From positions 1-64,000 of IMG/VR virus record IMGVR_UViG_3300031841_004520: a stretch of 64,000 bases of DNA; one strand, 5' to 3'. Both the position numbers and the translations under genes were made by a program. This document shows positions 27,536 to 36,887 of this stretch, piece after piece (position 1 is the first letter of the stretch; the number at the start of each line of letters is the position of its first letter). This stretch comes from a virus. The notes below the pieces were generated by a model that ran no database searches, had not been told where the DNA came from, and was given only the letters and a program-made list of their open reading frames with translations.

Positions 27536-28240
27536 ATGAGTATAGCTAGAGACATAAGCAGACAAAGCAGTAAACAGAATGCAACATTAACAGCGGATCA
27601 AACTGCAGTTACGGTTACAGGAGGATTTAGTGGCTCTAGCATACAGGTATATCTTAATGGCGTTAAAATTATACAAGGACAAGATTATAGCTTGAATGGT
27701 ACTAGTGGTATTACATTAACTCAGGGAGCTAGTGCTGGAGATATAATTGAGTTCGTAATCAGAAATACCTCTAATTCAGGATTTAGCGCTGCAAATACTG
27801 GACAAATTGTAGATCAAGCTGTTACTTTTGATAAATTATCAAATAGTGGAACTGAAGCAGATAATGTGCAAAAAAGAACTGCAAAAGCTTGGGTTAATTT
27901 TGATGGCACTTTTGCAAGTACTCCGTATACCGAAGCTAATGGAGGAATTAGGGATGCCTTTAATATTAGCACCATTACTGACGCAGGTACTGGAACTTAT
28001 ATAGTAAACTTTGATACAGCTTTTGCAAATGATGAGTGGTCTATGGCTGGTGCTGGTAGATTGGCTACATACACAGGAGATAGTAATTCTCCACAAATAA
28101 ATTTAGACAGAAAAGTAAGTCGTAATTTAGCTATAACAACTACTTACGCTAGAGTTTGCGCTACTTACCATTTTGGAAGCACTATTAATCTTGCTAATCC
28201 TGAAGAGATAATGTTAATATTTTTTGGAGAATTATCATGA
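27536..28240 (+). CDS. Short fibre protein
   Basis: VYLNGVK..GQDY module, as in the giant fibre, fused to an AKAWVNF domain. Confidence 0.7.
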   Translation: MSIARDISRQSSKQNATLTADQTAVTVTGGFSGSSIQVYLNGVKIIQGQDYSLNGTSGITLTQGASAGDIIEFVIRNTSNSGFSAANTGQIVDQAVTFDKLSNSGTEADNVQKRTAKAWVNFDGTFASTPYTEANGGIRDAFNISTITDAGTGTYIVNFDTAFANDEWSMAGAGRLATYTGDSNSPQINLDRKVSRNLAITTTYARVCATYHFGSTINLANPEEIMLIFFGELS

Positions 28241-28731
28241 CAAAAACACACAATAACGCAACACTATCATCTTCGCTTACTGGGTCTGTAGCTTTCTTCC
28301 CTTTATCAAGTGCGCCTATTGGTTGGATCAAAGCTGACGGTTCTGCTATATCTAGAACAACTTACTCAGATCTTTTTGATGTAATTGGTACAGAGCATGG
28401 CTCTGGAGATGGAAGTACGACATTCAATGTGCCAGATTTACGTGGAGAATTTTTAAGGTGTTGGGACGATGGAAGGGTAGTAGATTCTGGAAGGGCAATA
28501 AATTCTTCTCAATCACAAGATTGGAAGAGTTTTTATCAACATAATACAGGTCAGAATACTTACAGTTACGATCACACCCATGTAAATATGGGTAAAACCA
28601 TATATCCAACTTATACTGGCAGATTGTTTGTAGGAGGTTGGTCTGCTCCATCAGCTGCGATGGGTACAGCTTGGGATGAGTCAGAAATTAGGCCAAGAAA
28701 TGTGGCGTTGCTAGCCTGTATTAAAACTTAA
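28237..28731 (+). CDS. Phage tail collar domain protein
   Basis: AP.GWIKADGSAISRTTYSDLF.VIG...G.GDGSTTFNVPDLRGEFLR...RPRNVALLACIK. Confidence 0.9.
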   Translation: MTKTHNNATLSSSLTGSVAFFPLSSAPIGWIKADGSAISRTTYSDLFDVIGTEHGSGDGSTTFNVPDLRGEFLRCWDDGRVVDSGRAINSSQSQDWKSFYQHNTGQNTYSYDHTHVNMGKTIYPTYTGRLFVGGWSAPSAAMGTAWDESEIRPRNVALLACIKT

Positions 28732-28784
28732 AGAAGAAACATGCTTAATAGTGTATATATAACTATATAGATTACGGAGATACC

Positions 28785-29330
28785 ATGGCAGATTATTTCT
28801 TTCCATCACCTAGCGGTAACACTACTGATATCAGAGAATCTGGTACTATAGTTAAGATTATCAAAAAAAATAGTAAGTTTAAGGTTATAAAAACGAATAA
28901 ACCTACTATTGGTGATACAATATCATTAACAGCCACGCCTTTAGGCTCCCCAAATAATGTTACTCAGTGGTCATTATCGTACGACAACAGTGAAACCACT
29001 ACAGATGATAATTTAGACAGATCAGATACATCTTTACCAGACACAAATCCCACAATAAATATTTATGATACGGACTTATTATTTATTTCAGTTCTGCCAA
29101 AAACTTTTAGTAATGCTGGTGAAGTCGCAAATCTAATTTTAACTTCTAATGCTAGTTCACACCCTTATCAAAGTCTTAGTGTTGGTAGTGTTGTTAATAA
29201 TCCAGAAAATAGTGGTGTAATTAAATGGAATCCAGGAGTGGGTAACACTGGTACATTTTTTTATCGATGGAAAGATTCGACAGGCGTATCTTCTGCTGGC
29301 GGCACAATCAATGTTACCTCTACTCCTTAA
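28785..29330 (+). CDS. Virion protein, degenerate cupredoxin-like C-domain
   Basis: NPTINI...SHPY...G.IKW.P....GTFFY. GGAG RBS, AGTGTAT motif at 28750. Confidence 0.55.
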   Translation: MADYFFPSPSGNTTDIRESGTIVKIIKKNSKFKVIKTNKPTIGDTISLTATPLGSPNNVTQWSLSYDNSETTTDDNLDRSDTSLPDTNPTINIYDTDLLFISVLPKTFSNAGEVANLILTSNASSHPYQSLSVGSVVNNPENSGVIKWNPGVGNTGTFFYRWKDSTGVSSAGGTINVTSTP

Positions 29331-29347
29331 ACACTAGAAACTATATT

Positions 29348-29872
29348 ATGTCTACACAATGGATATTAGAAATACCACTTATTGTAAGAACTTGGATAAA
29401 TGATTTATCTGATAGTCCTACCTATAGTGACGATAGATTACAGCAAGTTATTATTGTTGCTGGACAATATGTAACTAGAGAAATAAATTTAGACATTAAG
29501 TATAATTGCGATATCGTAAATCTTTCTATTAGTCCAGACCCTTCCACGCCCAATAGAGATGAAACATTTATTGCTTTCGTAGCTCTAAAGGCAGCCTGTA
29601 TTTTAGATCAAAGTACATTTAGAACCAAAGCTGCCGGGGAAGGCATTAGAGCAGGTTTGGGTGCTGCCAGCGTTTCTGTCGCAGGGAACCTAAAAGGATA
29701 TAAAGAGATCTTGGACGTCGGCCCTTGTGCTATGTATGAAAAACTAAGGATGGAATATGAAATAGGTAATGCTAATGGTATTAAGGCTGTCCTTGGACCA
29801 TTTGTAGGCAATAATTTTGATGCTAGATATTTAAATAGAGAACACGGAAGATCTAGAGACTTCTTTTCATGA
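29348..29872 (+). CDS. Putative head-tail adaptor/neck protein
   Basis: VR.WI.D....TYSD..L pattern and gene position. Confidence 0.55.
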   Translation: MSTQWILEIPLIVRTWINDLSDSPTYSDDRLQQVIIVAGQYVTREINLDIKYNCDIVNLSISPDPSTPNRDETFIAFVALKAACILDQSTFRTKAAGEGIRAGLGAASVSVAGNLKGYKEILDVGPCAMYEKLRMEYEIGNANGIKAVLGPFVGNNFDARYLNREHGRSRDFFS

Positions 29873-31068
29873 TAGACTTAACTGCTGTTAAAAACCTATA
29901 TAATAATACTATAGATGACTTACTGTCTTCTAAAGGATTGGCTGTGCCTTGTAATGTTGTACACGAAGACCCTAGCGGATCAGGATGTCCAAACTGTGTA
30001 GTAAATCCTATTACGGGAAGATCTACCAGCAGGTACTCTCAGCCTACATTAGCTCCTGACCTTGAGATCAAAGCTTCTGGAGGTGTGCCAGAGGATATGT
30101 TTATATTTTATATAGATGAAAATAGTAGTTATTATAGTAGTGGAAATCAAGATATTCAGATGAGTGGAATGACTCTCTTTAGAGAAGCATTTCCTAGTAG
30201 CTTGGTGTTTTTTTTAGATGTAGAACATCCTCAAGGCTTTCAAACCTTATATCCTAGCGGTTTTTTTGACGACGGTCTCACTTTTTCTTCAAGAGAAAGT
30301 ATTGGTAAGCTTTTAGTAAGAGATAGTGGTAACCCAGCTTCTGCTGAAAACTCTTATCAGATATTACAAGACATTATTAGTAGTGGAGTAAGTTCTACTG
30401 CTAGTGGCATTTTTTATAATAGTAATACTGCACATATACTTAGAGATAGCTCTAATAGCTTGGTGCCTAGTGACGTATCCGCTACATTTAGTGGTTTAGT
30501 GTCTAGCTTTAATGGCTTAAGTATTGGTGTAAGAAACACTGACTCTATTTGGCAGCACGAGGAGCTGTTATGCGGTTTTGCTCATGATGCGTGTTTCAAT
30601 AGAACGGATGCTATAGACGCTTTTGTTGACACTCATTGTGACGGTCGTGTGCTCAGTTCATTTAGAGAAACATACAATACACACTGTTCTGGAGAAGATT
30701 ACTTTCCTGCTCCAGTTTCGGAAGAAGTTGCTTCCGGAGAATATATTTGGTTTCCTGAAGGCCATATATGTCCTGTTTGTAACGGAGCAGGTTCTTTCCC
30801 TGTTACTACTACAGAGTTAAAAAATATAGTGGTGATTTTTGATAATAAAAAATTTATTAATTTTGGTAATGTTAATGTACCTCAAGGAGACATGCAGACC
30901 ATAACTCCTATTACTATGTATACTACATTAACCACAGCAGATTATATACTTGTAGATACATCAGTCACCCCTTATGCACAAAACAAGTTTACTAGAGTTT
31001 CAGAACCACAGCCAGTAGGATTAGGAGAAAATAAATATATTTTTACTAATTGGCAAAGGAGTTCTTAG
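29869..31068 (+). CDS. Putative neck/head-closure protein with split Zn finger and large insertion
   Basis: CPNC...Y and FP.G..CPVC.G.G are separated by ~235 aa. C-terminus SEPQPVGLG...YI.T.W.R. Confidence 0.5.
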   Translation: MIDLTAVKNLYNNTIDDLLSSKGLAVPCNVVHEDPSGSGCPNCVVNPITGRSTSRYSQPTLAPDLEIKASGGVPEDMFIFYIDENSSYYSSGNQDIQMSGMTLFREAFPSSLVFFLDVEHPQGFQTLYPSGFFDDGLTFSSRESIGKLLVRDSGNPASAENSYQILQDIISSGVSSTASGIFYNSNTAHILRDSSNSLVPSDVSATFSGLVSSFNGLSIGVRNTDSIWQHEELLCGFAHDACFNRTDAIDAFVDTHCDGRVLSSFRETYNTHCSGEDYFPAPVSEEVASGEYIWFPEGHICPVCNGAGSFPVTTTELKNIVVIFDNKKFINFGNVNVPQGDMQTITPITMYTTLTTADYILVDTSVTPYAQNKFTRVSEPQPVGLGENKYIFTNWQRSS

Positions 31069-31703
31069 TGCAATTTACAGTAAACTTATTGGAGTCAGAC
31101 AACAAGATAACTACAGAGATATTAAAAAGCCTGTTATCAGACACTAAAAATTATATGAGTCAAGTTTCTAAAAAGCTGGAACCTAGCATTAGAGATATAG
31201 TCAAGCAGGCATTTTTGAATAGTCCAGAATACAGATCTCTTTTGTCTGGGCAGTTAAGATATGAGTTTGGATTAGATAATCCTGCAGCTAAAGTCAATCA
31301 AATACTATCAGTTTGGGATAATGTTGTAGTTAGTTTTGATTCTCCAAAAATTAAAGCAAATCAGATACACGGAAAATTAGTTATAGCTATGATTAATAGT
31401 AATTATAGTGATGTTCTTGCGTTAGATGCTAGTAGACAAGAGACAAAAAAGGGACAGTCTTTAGCTTGGTTAGAGTGGTTGTTGCTTATGGGTGACAAAA
31501 CTATTATCAAAGACTATGAGGTATTTTTGGGTTCTGGTCGTAATTCTAGAACCGGCGGTGCTGTTATGAAGAAGGTTGTAGGAGGTAAATGGAAAGTTCC
31601 TAGTGAATTTTCTGGTAGTTCTAAAAATAATTGGGTAACTCGTGTATTAGATAGTGTTGAAACAAAAATAGATGATGCTATTAAAAAAGCGGTTAAATTA
31701 TGA
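31068..31703 (+). CDS. Putative tail completion/neck protein
   Basis: GTG start with AAGGAG RBS, LxWLEWLL..G and SRTGGAVM motifs, position in the neck cluster. Confidence 0.5.
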   Translation: MQFTVNLLESDNKITTEILKSLLSDTKNYMSQVSKKLEPSIRDIVKQAFLNSPEYRSLLSGQLRYEFGLDNPAAKVNQILSVWDNVVVSFDSPKIKANQIHGKLVIAMINSNYSDVLALDASRQETKKGQSLAWLEWLLLMGDKTIIKDYEVFLGSGRNSRTGGAVMKKVVGGKWKVPSEFSGSSKNNWVTRVLDSVETKIDDAIKKAVKL

Positions 31704-32650
31704 GTACATTTTACGGCGTAGATAACATAGGAAATAATCTCCTAATCAATCAGCTAGAAACAAACATGAAGTCTTTTCTAGATTGGGGATTTCTGAATAC
31801 TGGAGGTTTTGTAAATATACACAGACCTGTGAAAAATATTCACGAGAATGGTTTATATAAGTTATATACAGTCAAAGATGCTAATTTTAAAGATGGTCGG
31901 GTTTGGCAGCCAGCAAGAAAAGATTGGGTGTATGAAACAGGCTTGGATGTAAATAATCATCAGCCTATTCCTATTAGCGGAATATATATCAATAATACTT
32001 TTTATGACACCACTACCTCAGGAACTTACGCTTATACTATAGATTATAAAAATAGTAGAATTATATTTAATAACAGACAATCTTCCAATCTAAATATAGA
32101 AATGAGTCATTCTTATAGGTGGGTTCAGATATACAACTTCGCAGACGCAAAATGGTGGCAAGAATTACAGTATAATCCAAATAATAATGAAGCTCATCAA
32201 AAAACTAAAGATAAGGGTGATTTTACTATTCCTGCACATCAAAGGGTACAGATGCCAGCTGTAGTCATAGAGACTGTTGCTAGAGGCACATCAGATCCAT
32301 TTCAAATGGGAGATAAATCTCAAAGGATTTCTCAAGACTTTTTGTTCCATATTATAGCTAATAATTATACGGATAGAAACAATATTATCGATATCCTAAG
32401 ATTGCAAGAAGATAAAGTACTATCTTTTTACGATATGGATAAAGTGGTTAAAGATGGCAAATACTGGTTAAATTTTGATGGAACTCTTAATCCCAATAGA
32501 CTTCAATATGATGTTTTATGTAAGCTTTCTAGCACATATCATTGGAATACATGTAGATTAAAAAATATGGTTATTTCGGAAGTGGAGTCGTTTAATGCTG
32601 ATCTTTTCGAGGCAAATATCAGAGTAACTGCTGAAATTATAATAGTTTAA
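31700..32650 (+). CDS. Putative tail terminator-like protein
   Basis: QMPAVVIE...FHIIA...RNNIIDIL, immediately before the tail tube gene. Confidence 0.5.
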   Translation: MSTFYGVDNIGNNLLINQLETNMKSFLDWGFLNTGGFVNIHRPVKNIHENGLYKLYTVKDANFKDGRVWQPARKDWVYETGLDVNNHQPIPISGIYINNTFYDTTTSGTYAYTIDYKNSRIIFNNRQSSNLNIEMSHSYRWVQIYNFADAKWWQELQYNPNNNEAHQKTKDKGDFTIPAHQRVQMPAVVIETVARGTSDPFQMGDKSQRISQDFLFHIIANNYTDRNNIIDILRLQEDKVLSFYDMDKVVKDGKYWLNFDGTLNPNRLQYDVLCKLSSTYHWNTCRLKNMVISEVESFNADLFEANIRVTAEIIIV

Positions 32651-32710
32651 AAAAAATGGTGTATAATAATTCAAGTCTACCGTCTAACAACAGAATAATC
32701 GGAGAATATT

Positions 32711-33658
32711 ATGGCAAATAAAAGAGTGTTTTACGCTTCTCAAGGCGTGGCCGTTGCTCAGTCTGGGGTTAGTAGCCCTACAACGGTTACTGGTGCCCAA
32801 AGCGTAACAATGAATACAAATTTTAATCTAGAACAGGTTTTCCAGCTGGGCCAACTGGCAGTTTATGACAATGTTGTTGGCGATCCTAGTGTAGAAGTCT
32901 CTATTAGTAAGTCTCTGGATGGACAGCCTACTATCTATAACTTAGCTTGTGGTAGCGGCAGCCTTTTAGAGACAGCTTCTACTGTTAGCAAGGTGGAGTT
33001 TTGTGTTGGGTCTGATACGGTAAATAAGGTTGGTGATAACGCTACTAGTATTCCTAAAATTACTTGTGACCCTATATATCTACAAAGTTTGAGTTACAAT
33101 TTTGCTGTTGATGGAGACTTTACAGAAGAAGTAACATTTGTTGGATTGAGTAAAGTTATTGGAACTGGTCTTGTTACAACTCCTGGTGACGGAAACGCTA
33201 CCAGACAAACAGTTCTTAGAAGACAGAACTTTGATCAACTCAGTTCTAGTCTTCCAAGTCAGGTAGATGGAAAAAATATTCAAAGCATTAGCCTTAGTGC
33301 TGACCTTGGTCGTGAATCTATGTACAAAATGGGTAGATTCAAAGAATTCCATAGATATGTTAACTTCCCGCTTGAAATTTCAATGGACATTGAAGTTATT
33401 GCAGATAGCCTTGATGACGTTGCTGTTGATATTCCTGATGCAAGTTGCTCAGGTCTTAACCTTCCAAAACAAGATTGTGTTTTGCAATTTTGCGACTCTG
33501 AAGGAAGCGGAAGCTACACATTCACTTTGGGTGATGCTACTTTAACTAGTGTTGCATTTGGTGGTGGCGATACTGGTGGTGGAAATGCCAATCTGACATT
33601 TTCATACGTTGTATACAATAGCTTTACAATTGCTAGTGCTGCTTCTCATGCTGGCTAG
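32711..33658 (+). CDS. Major tail tube protein
   Basis: GGTGTAT motif and GGAG RBS. Beta-rich with an internal two-fold repeat (QS.......E..(F/Y).(L/M)G), located upstream of chaperones and tape measure. Confidence 0.7.
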   Translation: MANKRVFYASQGVAVAQSGVSSPTTVTGAQSVTMNTNFNLEQVFQLGQLAVYDNVVGDPSVEVSISKSLDGQPTIYNLACGSGSLLETASTVSKVEFCVGSDTVNKVGDNATSIPKITCDPIYLQSLSYNFAVDGDFTEEVTFVGLSKVIGTGLVTTPGDGNATRQTVLRRQNFDQLSSSLPSQVDGKNIQSISLSADLGRESMYKMGRFKEFHRYVNFPLEISMDIEVIADSLDDVAVDIPDASCSGLNLPKQDCVLQFCDSEGSGSYTFTLGDATLTSVAFGGGDTGGGNANLTFSYVVYNSFTIASAASHAG

Positions 33659-33685
33659 TGTTTAAATAATTAATAGGATTTTTTG

Positions 33686-34645
33686 ATGGGAAACAAAAGA
33701 GTGTTTTATGCCTGTCAGGGGCTAATGCTTGATGGCAAGCCCCTGTATGGCGTACAAAACGTTTCTGTAAGAACAGAACAAAATACTAACGTTGTAGAAA
33801 ACTGGGGCTCTTTGCATATCAGTGGGGTGGCTGTTGACACACCTCGTTCTACCGTTACTATTAGCAGAATCATAGCATCACCTGCTACCGGCGTACCACA
33901 AGGTTCTGGTATATATGGATCTATTGTAAGTGGAGACTTATCTGCAGTAGCCACGAATCACAGTAGTCAATTGTGTTTATTTGTTACAAATGACACAGAT
34001 CCAGGAGTGAGCGATGAATCTACCTCTGTAAGAAACGTATCTTTTAAGGATTGTAGTATAAATAGCCTGTCTTACAGTATTAATGTAGACGGATATTTGA
34101 CAGAGAATACTGAAATAATAGCTTATAACAAAGTACATAATGGTAGTGGATGTCCAATAGGCAGTATGGATTTCAAAAAAAATCAGGCGCACCCAATACA
34201 GAGGCAGGATATAAACTCTTTTGATTTTTCAAATAAAGTTACTTCTTCTGGAGCTATACAAAACATAAGTATTTCTATTCCATTTAACATACAAACCGTT
34301 GATGAGTTTGGTACTGCAATGAGTAGGCACTCTAAGGGTTATCGCTTCCCTACTCTCCCTATAGCCTCCACTCTCTCTGTTTCTGTAATATATCAGAACA
34401 CCGACAGATTTGATAATTATATGTTTGCAGAACCAACTGGTACCACTAGCTGTGATTATATACCGCCAGACTTTCCTCAAGTTACTGGTCTTAGTTTTTC
34501 TGCTTGTGGTGGCTTTGGTGTTAGTTTAGGCAATTGTGTATTGCAAAGTATAGATTATGAGGGTGGTGATGTTGGTGGCGGAAATGCAACACTAACATAT
34601 GATTTTGTGTGCTATAATTCAGGAAGTATACATGGACAAGAATAG
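33686..34645 (+). CDS. Second tail tube paralogue
   Basis: Shares NKRVFYAxQG at the start and GGDxGGGNAxLTxxxVxYNS at the end with 32711-33658. Confidence 0.7.
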   Translation: MGNKRVFYACQGLMLDGKPLYGVQNVSVRTEQNTNVVENWGSLHISGVAVDTPRSTVTISRIIASPATGVPQGSGIYGSIVSGDLSAVATNHSSQLCLFVTNDTDPGVSDESTSVRNVSFKDCSINSLSYSINVDGYLTENTEIIAYNKVHNGSGCPIGSMDFKKNQAHPIQRQDINSFDFSNKVTSSGAIQNISISIPFNIQTVDEFGTAMSRHSKGYRFPTLPIASTLSVSVIYQNTDRFDNYMFAEPTGTTSCDYIPPDFPQVTGLSFSACGGFGVSLGNCVLQSIDYEGGDVGGGNATLTYDFVCYNSGSIHGQE

Positions 34646-35645
34646 AATTCTGTCAAGATTGCTCAAAGGCTATTATTTTGTTAAGGTGAAAAATTTTAAA
34701 CTCAAAGTTAAGCCCCCAACAGTATATGTAGAAAATAAGGCAGCGCTATACCACGATAAAATTCTAGAAGATCTAAAATTTGATGATAGTCAAGATTGGT
34801 TAGATGAAGACAAAAGGATGTTTATTTTAACTATAAATAAAATATGGGACAATAGTCAACAAAAAGAACTTGACACACTACTTGATGACATAATCATATT
34901 GAAGAAAGAGCTATTTAAAAACTTTAATTTGGTTGATACTAGAAAATTAATTAAAGAAAAAATCAAAGATAACGAGTCTAGAATAAACGTATTGCACAAT
35001 ACAAGATATACATACTTTGATCACACAAAGCAATCATATGCAAATGTGTTAAAAAATCATTATATTATTAAAAATACGGTGTATTTAAAAGACAGATTGT
35101 TTTTTAAGATTCAGAAAGAACAACATTTGTATTATCTACAAAGACTTTCTAACCTTATAACAGAATTAAATATTCAGGACATTAGAAGTATAATACATTG
35201 TGATTCTTGGAAAAGTTTATGGGAAAGTGCTAAAACAGGCGTTTTCGACAAACCTATAAAAGACTGTAATGTTGAACAAAGGATGGCTATTACAGCTAGT
35301 ATGATGTTGGATAATATTAGACAGCATCCTGATTGTCCAAGTGAAGAAATCCTGAAAGATTCCGATGCGTTAGATGGTTGGGTATTATTCCAAAACGATA
35401 AATTCGAAAAACAACAAAAGAAGCAAGCAATAGAAACTAATATAAAAGACAAAAATGCTGGAGAGGTTTTCGTTATGGCTAGTAGTCCAGAGGAGATAAA
35501 ATCTATAATGGAATTAAATGACCCATTAACTAAGTCTCAAATAAGAAGATCGATAGACCATGCAGCAAAGACAGAAGGTCCGACTAAATGGCAGGATATT
35601 CCTGGAATGAAAGAAGCCATAATAAGAGAGAATAAAAATGAATAA
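34632..35645 (+). CDS. Tail assembly chaperone-like protein (long paralogue)
   Basis: Position. N-half aligns by eye with 35939-36811. C-half carries HPDCP..E...D.D.LDGW. Confidence 0.55.
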   Translation: MDKNRILSRLLKGYYFVKVKNFKLKVKPPTVYVENKAALYHDKILEDLKFDDSQDWLDEDKRMFILTINKIWDNSQQKELDTLLDDIIILKKELFKNFNLVDTRKLIKEKIKDNESRINVLHNTRYTYFDHTKQSYANVLKNHYIIKNTVYLKDRLFFKIQKEQHLYYLQRLSNLITELNIQDIRSIIHCDSWKSLWESAKTGVFDKPIKDCNVEQRMAITASMMLDNIRQHPDCPSEEILKDSDALDGWVLFQNDKFEKQQKKQAIETNIKDKNAGEVFVMASSPEEIKSIMELNDPLTKSQIRRSIDHAAKTEGPTKWQDIPGMKEAIIRENKNE

Positions 35646-35946
35646 AAAATATCAGAGAGAATTGCTACGCAAAGCAGAAACTAGATTTAAGACTATCATG
35701 ATAGGCTCAATAGCTAGAGTAGAAGAATATTTTGGTTATTTGTGGGCACACGGCAAAGACAATCCCACAGAAAGAGAAGAAGAGTTTAGGGTCTTGTGGG
35801 ATGAACTAAGGAATGAAATTCTTAACCATGGTAATTATAACATTAGAAAAGGATTGGATGATATATACGAGACATTTGAACAAGGTGAGAGTAAGTACGA
35901 ATATAATTTTATTATGAAAGACAAAAGGAGCAATCAAGATGGATGA
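35638..35946 (+). CDS. Hypothetical protein (tail assembly region)
   Basis: 102 aa, overlaps both neighbours. Confidence 0.7.
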   Translation: MNKKYQRELLRKAETRFKTIMIGSIARVEEYFGYLWAHGKDNPTEREEEFRVLWDELRNEILNHGNYNIRKGLDDIYETFEQGESKYEYNFIMKDKRSNQDG

Positions 35947-36811
35947 AAATGATTTTAAGATAACTAAAGGCAAGGAAGAGATTGAATTAACGGTCAAATC
36001 GCCTTCACCTAAAAATCAAAGAGAAAGCCAAAAAATTTATAATAGAGCTTTTTCTGATGCTTTAAACTCTGGCTCTATAGTTAGAGCTAGGTTAGACGAC
36101 GTAATGAAAGAGCAAAAGTTATGGGATGATAAGAAAGAACAAGAGTATCAAGATATACAAAAGGGTGTTCTAGAAAATGAAAGAATACTGGCAAAAGGTG
36201 GGATTTCTTTGCAAAAAGCTAGAGAATGCGCACTTAAGATGCAGAAATTAAGAGAAGATTTAAAAAATTTAATATCTGAAAGGACAACGCTAGACTCACA
36301 TACTGCAGAAGGTCAGGCTGATAACGCTAAATTTAATTTCTTAGTATCTTGTTGTGTGGTGTATAAAGATACTAATAAGCCTTATTTTGAAGGATATGAG
36401 GATTACAATAAAAGGGCTATTGAACCAGCAGGTATTATTGGTGCTCAAAAGTTAGCCAATATGCTTTATGGTTTAGATGATGATTTTGAGAAAAATTTAC
36501 CAGAAAATCAATTTTTACATAAATATAAGTTTGTAGATGAAAACCTCCGACCTATCAATAGTGACGGTAAGCTTGTTGATAATGAAGGTAGACTTATTGA
36601 TGAGTATGGTAGATTCATTGATGATAAGGGTAATCGTGTAGATATTGAGGGCAATCCATTAGATGATGACGAAAATTATAAATTTGAGTTCTCTCCATTT
36701 TTAGACGATAGTGGAAAACCCATTATAGAAGATGAAGACAAAGATGAAGAAAAACCTAAACCTAAACCGAAGACTAGAGCAAAAGCAAAAAAAGATATTG
36801 AGTCTTCATAG
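35939..36811 (+). CDS. Tail assembly chaperone-like protein
   Basis: Directly upstream of the tape measure, AGGAG RBS, tandem (N/D)x(D/E)G(R/K)L(V/I) repeats. Confidence 0.55.
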   Translation: MDENDFKITKGKEEIELTVKSPSPKNQRESQKIYNRAFSDALNSGSIVRARLDDVMKEQKLWDDKKEQEYQDIQKGVLENERILAKGGISLQKARECALKMQKLREDLKNLISERTTLDSHTAEGQADNAKFNFLVSCCVVYKDTNKPYFEGYEDYNKRAIEPAGIIGAQKLANMLYGLDDDFEKNLPENQFLHKYKFVDENLRPINSDGKLVDNEGRLIDEYGRFIDDKGNRVDIEGNPLDDDENYKFEFSPFLDDSGKPIIEDEDKDEEKPKPKPKTRAKAKKDIESS

Positions 36812-36839
36812 TCAATTTTTATCTATTCATAACTTTAAC

Positions 36840-36875
36840 ATAGCCCTTTGTGTAATATCATTGGGCTATTTTTTT
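36840..36875 (+). terminator. Probable intrinsic terminator/attenuator before the tape measure
   Basis: ATAGCCC-N16-GGGCTAT followed by a T run, immediately before the GGAG RBS. The loop contains TGTGTAA. Confidence 0.6.
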
Positions 36876-36887
36876 GGAGTTTAAAAT

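Noticed and set aside
36359-36365. GGTGTAT inside the chaperone coding sequence as a late promoter
   Set aside because: No start codon with an RBS at the usual 35-58 nt distance. Could be chance, so it was left out of the motif set.
36787-36800. A-AAA-AAA slippery site near the end of the chaperone gene
   Set aside because: The -1 frame hits TGA within three codons, so no extended GT-like product results.
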